A model generated the notes under the pieces. It worked only from the letters and a program-made list of their open reading frames with translations, ran no database searches and had not been told where the DNA came from. Made by a program: the position numbers and the translations under genes. Of a stretch of DNA of 64,000 nucleotides, positions 26,301-33,817 are shown piece by piece. Source of the DNA: an uncultured Actinomycetes bacterium (GTDB lineage: Bacteria > Actinomycetota > Acidimicrobiia > IMCC26256 > BP-133); the NCBI GenBank assembly GCA_963789165.1, contig CAWBJP010000003.1, forward strand, positions 518,625 to 582,624, written 5' to 3'. Position 1 is the stretch's first letter, and each line of letters opens with the position of its first letter.

Positions 26301-26396
26301 CCGACGATTAACTTTGATTCGGTTGGCGGTCTACTTCGCCTCGTGCTGGATGCACTCGTCATCGGCGATGACGCCGCCGCCGTGAACGTCTCGTGA
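23289..26396 (+). CDS. Continuation of the STAND NTPase: winged-helix segment + long TPR array + C-terminal DUF1795/DcrB-like domain
   Basis: This frame overlaps the NB-ARC ORF by 46 nt. MELLSLLAFFAPDSDIPGLVLL is a typical NB-ARC WH segment. Many TPR_10/12-like repeats follow (LGTVLREAGRLRESELLLQRALA ...). The tail reads GVPDGWFAKESLTFVAPDGQANVIASSEPLDETIRSEEYAQIQGDLLQSEFPEYAEL. The true N-terminus probably lies in the previous ORF. Confidence 0.85.
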   Translation: MVLPSQASAMGKRAVTSSAGGVTGGSVTTAAELALDEMSTDSAEVMELLSLLAFFAPDSDIPGLVLLDGATALEADACKPISSPLALNDAMSTLVAWGLAEVDGVSLVIHERIQIAVRARLGSDQQRRTAEAAGLVIASTYPDHPDAIRNWPKAGLLLSHALGLIDHLERLRSKSEVLPRLLDRVGLHFMGLGRLQDALRLLEQAQATVFLVHGAGSDLDACVQRHLGTVLREAGRLRESELLLQRALAKDTDRDGADSPSVALDLRELGQTLARHKGYLEARKHLAKALQIHETFEPDGFEVAADLDALFEVFALRGDIAEARSVLERALSIREKLFGHDDVDTIMTRVALEVFRGLLVEGWSNTSAIERYVAQSEQTFGLSHPRVAEVYELVSDAAANRQDWEAAQTYLERSLEVNKSAYGRTHPRIISNLFRLFRTALALGQIQRAGALTEEAIGILKEVRPEDLEATIAQADVATALSPLSELDPSARPAARTGLERSLEMLRHELPAARTTEIDLLEVLAQLAVDQGERNLEKDLLSEALEIVRSTDMSELEEARLLSKMAAGEESPAKALLLWTRVLEVERRELGPDHYRLFTTYSSLWPLLLTLNRVHEARSALEEGIRIAGKTFGPDHWLLEQMHEAQSVLSAYGGDMASAVDARRKALAAAESNPNSDQATLVVRLMQLAETLQVIGGWEEALELLHRGLEIQKDAKLDEGLRGTLHLRLADSLIHEGDYSAALASLKEAARVVEIGEARQDAVEEAGALSPGREQIVEGWSNLGDALLASGQPSLAIERYQLGLQAAALTETPLDDAQLHVRLAVLAGIHQQDDSAKNHLERALKFIQAAQMPGPLWGLLISCSRVMALTEPPQAILRLIRELVRSSSGAMMDFRGKLTGGVPDGWFAKESLTFVAPDGQANVIASSEPLDETIRSEEYAQIQGDLLQSEFPEYAELSFEPAHVFGRAGFVRYFRWTPPDGVSVTQIQFYHADTGRGFTATATTPTINFDSVGGLLRLVLDALVIGDDAAAVNVS

Positions 26397-26421
26397 CATC
26401 CCACGAGGTGGGCACCCTTTA

Positions 26422-26471
26422 CCGTGGGCGATACTGGTTTCGAACCAGTGGCCTCTGCCGTGTGAAGGCAG
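26422..26471. repeat. Distal att-type direct repeat: 50-bp copy of the 3' part of tRNA-Val
   Basis: ccgtgggcgatactggtttcgaaccagtggcctctgccgtgtgaaggcag is identical to 38450..38499. It lacks the 5' half of the tRNA. Confidence 0.85.
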
Positions 26472-26667
26472 ATCGGAGCTTCGCCCCGTCTGCCCTCACC
26501 TCTTGAAAGGGCCGGTCAGGCGGCATTTCGTGTGACCGGCAGTGTCCACCATGACCGGTGGTTTTCGGTCCTTCCGCGGGGCATCCGCGGGGCGTCGGGG
26601 GATCACTCCCGGGATCAGTGGGAGTCGGCGCATCGACCCGCTTCGATGACGACTAGGCGGGTGGCGC

Positions 26668-27612
26668 TTAGCGCAGGAAGGCGCCGTTGCGCTCCCGTCC
26701 CACAGCGGCGAACACGGTCCTGGACCGCTCCGCCGGATCGGAGTCGTAGCGGGCTTGCTCGGTGCGGCCCGACCAGGCCACCGTGGCCGCGGCGGTGCGG
26801 AACTCGCCGGCGAAGCCGTGGGCCTCGGAGCGCACCGGCTCGGCCGGACCGGTGGCGGTCCACACCACCTCGAAGGCGACGTTGCCGGGGACGGAAGGCC
26901 CTTCGGCCAGCGAGTTGGCCAGGTTGAAGGCGTCGGGCATGTCGAGTGACGGGATGCGGAGCGACACCGAGTCGAGGGCGTCGTCGAAGACGACCGTGTC
27001 TGGCGCCACCGGCACCGTCCAGAAGAGCCCGGTCTCGGACACGCCGGGGCTGAAGTCGTGGATCTGGATTCCCTGACTGCCGGGAGCGGAGCCGAACTGG
27101 CCCACGTAGACATCCAGTCATATCAAGACGAAGGTACCGTCATGGTGCTGGCCGTCGAAGCCCACGTAGGGACCGGCCATGATGCGCATGTCGGCGTCGA
27201 AGGGAAGCGGCACGGACTGGCCCCCGCGCTCCTCCGTGCCCGTCCCCTGGACTTGGGCGATGGCCATCACCCCGTCGAAATCGGTGATGGCCGACGGTTC
27301 GTTCATCACCGAGGACGGGTCGAGCGGGTTCGACGGGCCCGGCGGGTAGGCGTGCCAGCGCCGCCCGTCGACGGTGGCGAACCCGCCCGGGATCGGCCGG
27401 GGCCCGGGCCCACCGCCGGTGGAGGCGGCCCACCCCGCCGTCGGGCGCAGCACACGGGCGCCCGCCAGGGCCAGGCCAGCGGCGCCGGCCGCCTGCATCA
27501 GGTTCCGGCGGGACAGGGCCCGCTCCCAGAAGTGGGCGTGCCCTGCTCGCGGGGCGTCGGCAAGCGAAATGCGCGGCATTCCCTCGAGTCGCATCGTCCC
27601 TTCTCCCCTCAC
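26668..27612 (-). pseudogene. TAT-signal secreted protein interrupted by an in-frame TGA (27118-27120)
   Basis: Upstream part: ...ALSRRNLMQAAGAAGLALAGA (twin-arginine signal) ... DGTFVLI, then TGA. The same frame continues LDVYVGQFGSAPGSQGIQIHDF... down to 26668. I checked the frame continuity codon by codon. Confidence 0.5.
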
Positions 27613-27811
27613 TCAGAATCACGTCTCCAACCGGGGCAGTTGGGTGCCCCTGCTGAAGCCCGCCGTGGCGTCGTCCCGGCCACGTTCTGACTGGCACCAG
27701 GGTGAGCGTAAGTCTGGGGCGATCCGAAAACCTCCGTACTGGTACGGAGACGGAGCATGAAGCCGACCATTAGCATCGGGGCGTCGGAGGCGGACTTGGG
27801 GAGGTCAGCGG

Positions 27812-30754
27812 GTGGCCGCTTTGACGCCATCCAGCCCCCAGTGCCCGCCCCCTACCGCCGCCGGCCCCCCGCTGGTGGGACGGGCCCGGGAACTGGCCTG
27901 GCTCAAGGACGAACTCGAACGGGCCCGGGCCGGCCGGTTCGGCATCGTCCTGCTCGTCGCCGAGGCGGGTGTGGGGAAGACCCGGCTGACGGGCGAGCTC
28001 CTCGGCCGGCATGCGCAGGAGTGCATCTGCTTGTCGGCCCGCGCCCATGCCCTGGGGGACACCACCTCCTTCGGCCTGTGGGCGGAGGCCTTCGAAGGCC
28101 ACCTCCGGAGCTGCGATCCGGCGGAGGTGGTCGAGCTGTGCGGCGGTCTGCTGGACGACGTCGCCGGCCTCTTGCGCAGTGCGGCTGTGGCCCGAGGAGG
28201 AATCCCCGACCCGGAGCCGTCGCGGGCCCAGCTGATCGACGGTTTGGCCGTCCTCCTCAACAGCCTGGGCCGCTCCGCCCCCGTGGTCATCTTCCTCGAC
28301 GACGTCCACGTGGCCGACGCCTCGTCCTGGAATGCCCTCGCCTACCTGGCCCGCAACCTGGGGGACTTACCCGTGCTCGTCATCGCCGCCGCCCGCACGG
28401 GCGAACTGGCCGCCCAGGCCGGTCCCACCCAGATGGTCCTCGGCATGGAGCAGGACGGACTGCTGCGCCGCCTCGCGCTCGGCCCGCTGGGGGAAGAGGC
28501 GATCGCTGAACTGGCTGGATCGATGGTCGGCGGTTCGCCGCCGCCCGCACTGGTGGGCTGGCTGATGGAGCGATCCCGGGGGAATCCGCTCTTCGCCCGG
28601 GGGCTGCTCCACGCGCTCCTTGACGAAGGCGCCGACCTGTCGGCCCCCCGGCTCCGGCGTCTCCCCGAAGGCCTCGCCGAGCGGGTCGTGGCCCGCCTCG
28701 ACGGCCTGCCCGACGCGGCCCGGAACACGGTGGAGCTCCTCGCCGTCGTGGGCCGCCGGATCGAGCTCGGCGACCTCGTCGATCTCAGCGGCCAGCCGTT
28801 CCAGCAGGTGGGGCCCATCCTGGACGGTCTGGTCCGGTCCCAGTTCCTCACCGCCGTGGAGCGGGGCCGGGGGGTGACCTACGAGATCCTCCATCCCCTG
28901 GCCCAGGAGGCCACCTACCAGGGCGTGGGGGCGGCCCGGCGCCATGAGCTCCACCGGCGCGTGGCCCGTGCCCTGCTAGCCGCCGGGCATCTGGGCGAGG
29001 CTGCGCCCCACTACGCGCGGTCAGCAGAGGTCGGCGACGCGGAGGCCATCGACGCGCTGTGCGGGGCGATGCGCCAGGCCGAGGACCGTCAGGCCTACCG
29101 AGAAGCGCTCACCATCCTCGGGCACCTCGTCGACCTGGTGCCGAGGGGAGATGAGCGCTGGCTCAGCGTGCTGGACGGCATGGTCCTCCAGGCGGAGTGG
29201 GTGGTCGACCACCGGGCCGACATCCACGCCGCCCTCGCAGTCCCGGCGCTGCGGACTCTTGACGCCATGCTCGAAGGGACGGCCAATGCCGAGCGGCGAG
29301 CGGCGGTCAAGTTCCGCCTGGCGAGCTTCACGATCTGGGGGACGGGTGAGCTTGACGCTGGCCTTGAGGCGGCTCGGGGGGCCAGGGCGCTCTTCGAGGA
29401 AGCGGGGAACCGCCAAGGGCCGCTGCTGGCGAGCCTGGAAGAGGCGTTCGCCCTGGCTTTCGCGGGCAAATCCGGGGGGTGGGTACCGGAATCACGTCAC
29501 TTGGCGGAGTTGGCCGAGGAACTGGGCGACCGCCTCGCCATGATGCACATCGTGGGGCGCGGGATCGGGTGGGGCGGCTTCTGGACCGGACGGTTCGACG
29601 AGGCGAAGCTCGCCCTCCTGCGGGCCATCGATCTCGCCCGGGAGGACAGCAAGACCTACTTCCATTCGCTCTGCCTGGGCGGGCTGGCCTTCACCCTCGC
29701 CTTCGAAGGCCGCATCGCGGAGACGGACAGCGTCCTCGCCGAGGCCAAGACGGTGAACCCGCAGTGGCGGGAGAGCCTGCTGCCCGAATGCGAGATCTGG
29801 GTTCGCTGGCTGGCGGGAGACTTTCAAGGGGCCTTGGATTGCGCCTGGGACTCGGTGGCGTGGAACACCAGCGGGGTGAGCCGGCGTCGGGGGGCCCCGT
29901 TCCCGTTCGCCGCCCTGGCCGCGCTCGAGACCGGCCGCCTGTCCGAGGCGGAGCGACTGCTGGCTGTGAGTCGGACCACCTTTGGCGAGCACCCCTTGCC
30001 CCTCACGCTCCAGCTCTGCGGCCATGCCCAAGCCGTGCTCGATTGGAACCAAACCCGCGATCGGAGAGCGCTCGCCCGCACCGAGGAGGCGGCCACCGAA
30101 ATCCAGCGGGTGGAGTGGTACCCATGGGCCGCCTTCCTCTTCCTCGACCTGGCTGAGATCGCCGCCGACGCCGGCGACCTCGCCACCGGGCAACGGGCCG
30201 CTGCCGGGCTCGAGGACGTTTCCGGGGAGCTTGATCGCGACCTGTACCGCGCGCTCGCCGCTATGGCCCGTTCCTGGGGGGCACTCGCCGGTCGAAAGCC
30301 GAAGGCGGCCGCCGAGGAGGCCGAGCGGGCCCTCGACCTCCTGCCCGCCGGCTACCAGGCTTTCGCCGGGCGGGCGCTCGACCTTTTCGGACGGGCCGTC
30401 GCCTCGGCCGACCGCCCTCGGGCGCGAAGCTCCCTCGAACAGGCCGCCACCGTGTTCGAGGGCTGCGGCGCCGCCAGGCGCCGGGAACGGACCCTCAAGG
30501 CGCTGGCCCGTCTCGGCAGCAGCGGCCAGAAGGCCGCGGCCGCCCTCGGCTCCGGCGCCCTCACCGCCCGGGAGACGGAGGTCGCACGGCTCGCCGCCCG
30601 GGGTCATACCGCCCCCGACATCGCCCGGCGGCTCGCCATCGGGGACCGGACGGTGGAGAGCCACATGGCTCGCATCTACGCCAAGCTGGGGGTCTCCTCC
30701 AAAGGTGAGCTCATCGACCGGGCCGCCGACCTCGGCTTGATCGACAAACCCTGA
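27812..30754 (+). CDS. LuxR-family regulator with an N-terminal AAA/STAND ATPase and helical repeats (MalT/LAL-like)
   Basis: GTG 27812 follows ggagg. Walker A LLVAEAGVGKTRL. C-terminal HTH LTARETEVARLAARGHTAPDIARRLAIGDRTVESHMARIYAKLGV. Confidence 0.9.
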   Translation: MAALTPSSPQCPPPTAAGPPLVGRARELAWLKDELERARAGRFGIVLLVAEAGVGKTRLTGELLGRHAQECICLSARAHALGDTTSFGLWAEAFEGHLRSCDPAEVVELCGGLLDDVAGLLRSAAVARGGIPDPEPSRAQLIDGLAVLLNSLGRSAPVVIFLDDVHVADASSWNALAYLARNLGDLPVLVIAAARTGELAAQAGPTQMVLGMEQDGLLRRLALGPLGEEAIAELAGSMVGGSPPPALVGWLMERSRGNPLFARGLLHALLDEGADLSAPRLRRLPEGLAERVVARLDGLPDAARNTVELLAVVGRRIELGDLVDLSGQPFQQVGPILDGLVRSQFLTAVERGRGVTYEILHPLAQEATYQGVGAARRHELHRRVARALLAAGHLGEAAPHYARSAEVGDAEAIDALCGAMRQAEDRQAYREALTILGHLVDLVPRGDERWLSVLDGMVLQAEWVVDHRADIHAALAVPALRTLDAMLEGTANAERRAAVKFRLASFTIWGTGELDAGLEAARGARALFEEAGNRQGPLLASLEEAFALAFAGKSGGWVPESRHLAELAEELGDRLAMMHIVGRGIGWGGFWTGRFDEAKLALLRAIDLAREDSKTYFHSLCLGGLAFTLAFEGRIAETDSVLAEAKTVNPQWRESLLPECEIWVRWLAGDFQGALDCAWDSVAWNTSGVSRRRGAPFPFAALAALETGRLSEAERLLAVSRTTFGEHPLPLTLQLCGHAQAVLDWNQTRDRRALARTEEAATEIQRVEWYPWAAFLFLDLAEIAADAGDLATGQRAAAGLEDVSGELDRDLYRALAAMARSWGALAGRKPKAAAEEAERALDLLPAGYQAFAGRALDLFGRAVASADRPRARSSLEQAATVFEGCGAARRRERTLKALARLGSSGQKAAAALGSGALTARETEVARLAARGHTAPDIARRLAIGDRTVESHMARIYAKLGVSSKGELIDRAADLGLIDKP

Positions 30755-30859
30755 CCGTCGGCGGATCGAGGAATCCGCGCGCCCGGGCCCCGTTCCGTAC
30801 TGGGTACGGCAGACGCCGGACGGCCCGTTGCTTACGGTGACGACGGAGGGAGGGCGGCA

Positions 30860-31576
30860 GTGCTGACACGTCGTGATTTCCTCGCCTACTTCGGCGGCCT
30901 GACCCTGACGAGCGCTGCAGTTTCCGCGCTGCCGGACGTTCTGTGCAGCCGGGGCTGGTGGTCGGCGGCCTACGCTGAGGACGCGGACGTCGTCCTTGAC
31001 ACCTACAACGGACTGGCGGGCATGGTGTGGCCCGGCAACGACGCCTACTCGAAGGCGCAGGGAGAGTGGAACGACCGCCCCGGCGCCATCGCCGCCAACG
31101 CCGGCCGTCATCTCCGGGAGGCCCTCGACGGGCTGGTGGCCCAGCCGTACCTGGTGCAGCGCGACCCCGACGGCACGGTGCCGCTGTCAGGCTCCATCGC
31201 CAGTGCCATCAATACCGTGGCGCTGACGGTGAACCCGGCTGCAACCGGAGGCGGCTTCCCGTCGCCGTTCGCCCGGCTCCCCTTCTCTGACAAGGTGGCC
31301 GTCTGGCGCAGGCTGGAACAGGACACCCGACACGTCTCCGATCGGGATCCGACGGACAGCATCGGCGTGCTCCAGTTCGTGTTTGGTTTCTTGCCCGGGT
31401 TGGTGCTCTTCTTCGCCTTCTCGGAGATCGACGTCCTGGATCCGCAGACGCGGACCCTGAAGCGCCGGCCGGTCGGCTGGGACCACTGCGGCTATCTCGG
31501 CAACCGGCTGGAACCGGTGGAGGGTTGGGATGATCTCCTGGGCTTCTACCAGGACCGGAGGAAGGCGGACGGCTGA
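30860..31576 (+). CDS. TAT-signal protein, likely the small partner subunit of the downstream GMC flavoprotein
   Basis: MLTRRDFLAYFGGLTLTSAAVSALP (twin-arginine motif). Its stop overlaps the beginning of the GMC reading frame. Confidence 0.6.
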   Translation: MLTRRDFLAYFGGLTLTSAAVSALPDVLCSRGWWSAAYAEDADVVLDTYNGLAGMVWPGNDAYSKAQGEWNDRPGAIAANAGRHLREALDGLVAQPYLVQRDPDGTVPLSGSIASAINTVALTVNPAATGGGFPSPFARLPFSDKVAVWRRLEQDTRHVSDRDPTDSIGVLQFVFGFLPGLVLFFAFSEIDVLDPQTRTLKRRPVGWDHCGYLGNRLEPVEGWDDLLGFYQDRRKADG

Positions 31577-33348
31577 TCCGCGACGTCATCGTCGTCGGTG
31601 CCGGCGGCGGCGGGCCGGTGGTGGCCAAGGAACTCGCCGCCCGGGGCCTGGATGTCCTGCTCCTCGAGGCGGGGCCGCGCCATGGCGAGCCGGAGCGGGA
31701 GTGGACCCACTTCGAGAACGAGGCTGCCGGTCGTTTCCGGTGGGGTCCGGCCGATCGGGCCAGGCCGCCGTGGCTGCGGGAGGTGCCGTACAACGGCACC
31801 GTCGTTCAACTCTCCGGGGTGGGGGGCACGACGCAGCATTACGGCGCCGTTTCCCCCCGGGCGATGCCTGGAGTCTTCACCGGTTATGCCGGCACCGACG
31901 CCGGAACTTATGACGTCGCCCACCGGTTCCCGTTCACCTATGCCGAGCTGGTGCCCTACTACGAATGGGTTGAGCACACGCTGCCGGTCCAGACCGCGGC
32001 CATGGGAACCAGGACGGCGCTCTTCTTCCGGGGTGCGGAACGGATCGGCCTGCCGGTCAACACGACGAAGAACGTCGCTCGTGACTCGTTCCGCCCCCAG
32101 GAGAGTGCCATCCTCCAGCCCGGCGGCGACGCCGGCCGCACCACCGACCCGAGCCGGCTCATCTGGCCCCAGGCCACCGGCTGCACGCTCTGTGGGTACT
32201 GCACGACAGGCTGCTATCAGCCTCGCCAAGCGCCCCGGAACCTCAAGGCGAAGCGCTCGACCGACAACAGCTACGTCCCGATGGCTCTCACTTCTGGGCG
32301 CTGGCAAGCGGGCGGCCGCGACATCAGTCTCGTCACCGACGCTTTCGCTACCGCCATCGGCACGGCCCACCACGGCGGCGAGGTGGTCGCCCGGTCCGTC
32401 AGCTGGCGCATCGGCGCCACCGGCGAGAAGGTCACCGAGGAGGCCCAGGTGGTCGTCTTGGCCGCCGGCGCCACGGAGTCGCCCCGTCTCTGGTTGAACT
32501 CGGAGCTCCCCAACCCCAACGACTGGGTTGGACGCGGCTACATCGACCACTACTTCGACCTTGTCATCGGCAGGTTCGACGAGGACACCGGCTCGGCCAA
32601 GGGGCCGATCTCGGGCGCCCGGGCCGACTTCCCGGGGCGCGGCCACTTCCACGACGCCGGTGTCCCGCCTGCGCTTCAGATGTTGATCTCCGGCCTGTCG
32701 GACGCCGGCATTGCCGGGTTCTACGACAACGGTCGACCCGACGCCGCCGGCGCCGACAGCAGCGGCCGACTGATCGGCAACCGCTTCGCCGACTTCATGA
32801 ACGGCATCGACCGTCTGCTCATCATCTCGATCCTCACTGACGACGACGTCGAGGCGAACAACCGGGTGACTCTGTCCCGAGCGGCCGACGAGCACGGGCC
32901 GATCCCCAAGGTGTTCTTCGATCATCGCCACCGGTCAGCGCGCACGGTGGCGAACCGCGAGTTCCTCGCCGGCAAGGCGGTCGAGGTGTTGCGCGCCTCC
33001 GGCGCCCGGGCCGTCCACCGCCTCAACGCCCCACCATTGAACTTTCACCCCATGTCAACGATGCGCATGGGCCACGACGCCGCCGACTCGGTGTGCGACG
33101 AGAATGGTGCCGCCCACGCCGTCCGACGCCTCTACATCGCCGATAACTCGCTCCTCGCCAACGCCCTCGGCGGCTCGAACCCGACGCTCACGACCCAGGC
33201 CCTGGCGACCCGCACGGCCGAGAAGATCTTCGCCCGGGAATTCGGCGGCGACCCCTGGGTGGGCCGGGAGACGCCGGTGTCATCGATCGATGCGGTCGTC
33301 ACTCAAGCGGTTCTGGACGCCCAAAGGAGTTGGAACGTCGGTCACTGA
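31573..33348 (+). CDS. GMC-family FAD-dependent oxidoreductase (start codon unresolved)
   Basis: DVIVVGAGGGGPVVAKELAARGLDVLLLEAG (Rossmann GxGxxG) plus a GMC C-terminal part (HPMSTMRMG...LYIADNSLLANALGGSNPTLTTQALA). The first ATG/GTG/TTG in frame is at 31618, which is inside the GxGxxG helix. The frame opens at 31534. Confidence 0.8.
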   Translation: MIRDVIVVGAGGGGPVVAKELAARGLDVLLLEAGPRHGEPEREWTHFENEAAGRFRWGPADRARPPWLREVPYNGTVVQLSGVGGTTQHYGAVSPRAMPGVFTGYAGTDAGTYDVAHRFPFTYAELVPYYEWVEHTLPVQTAAMGTRTALFFRGAERIGLPVNTTKNVARDSFRPQESAILQPGGDAGRTTDPSRLIWPQATGCTLCGYCTTGCYQPRQAPRNLKAKRSTDNSYVPMALTSGRWQAGGRDISLVTDAFATAIGTAHHGGEVVARSVSWRIGATGEKVTEEAQVVVLAAGATESPRLWLNSELPNPNDWVGRGYIDHYFDLVIGRFDEDTGSAKGPISGARADFPGRGHFHDAGVPPALQMLISGLSDAGIAGFYDNGRPDAAGADSSGRLIGNRFADFMNGIDRLLIISILTDDDVEANNRVTLSRAADEHGPIPKVFFDHRHRSARTVANREFLAGKAVEVLRASGARAVHRLNAPPLNFHPMSTMRMGHDAADSVCDENGAAHAVRRLYIADNSLLANALGGSNPTLTTQALATRTAEKIFAREFGGDPWVGRETPVSSIDAVVTQAVLDAQRSWNVGH

Positions 33349-33817
33349 TCCGTACACGCACGAACGGCTGTGGCGGGGTCACCGGGGACACGGCGAGTCA
33401 ACTGAGCACCACATCTGGCGGGTGGCACTGGCGGTCAGCGAGATGGAGGAAGCGTTGTCCGACCAGGCGCATGAGCATGGAGACGGGCTTGCAAGAGCAG
33501 TGCTACAGCCTCGTCCCGTCCCTCGTTCAGACTCATCAGCGACACCGTTCAGTCTGAACGCCCTCAGCGGGGACCGAGCTTGCACGGCCGTGGGCGCCCC
33601 GGAGACTCACCCGGAGCAACGTCGTCCGAGGCCAAGTCGTCGAATCGGGAGCACGTGATGCTCTGCGGTGGCGGTCCCGACGCTTCGGTGATCGTCATGG
33701 AGATCCTCTGGGGCCCTACGATCGGCGCTCGGCTCTGCCTCCCCGCTCCCCGCCGGAACCAACCGCCACTCGCGTCCGGAGGAGGCCGTGTCCGCTGAGC
33801 AGCGGACACGGCAAGTC

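Noticed and set aside
26422-26471. Possible second tRNA-Val gene
   Set aside because: Only the anticodon-arm 3' strand, variable loop, T-arm and acceptor 3' strand are present. There is no 5' acceptor or D-arm, so it is an att remnant and not a gene.
27118-27120. The in-frame TGA as a selenocysteine codon
   Set aside because: I could see no convincing SECIS-like stem-loop immediately downstream, and no Sec machinery lies in the window. It is kept only as a low-interest note.
29492-32931. Long minus-strand ORFs (29492..31111, 31546..32931) inside the island
   Set aside because: They are antisense to the LuxR, TAT-partner and GMC genes and have low-complexity translations.
33350-33785. ~430-nt apparently non-coding stretch after the GMC gene, containing small ORFs (for example 33330..33557)
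   Set aside because: The ORFs are short, lack an RBS and have poor codon bias. It is likely decayed island DNA, and I found no structured-RNA signature by eye.
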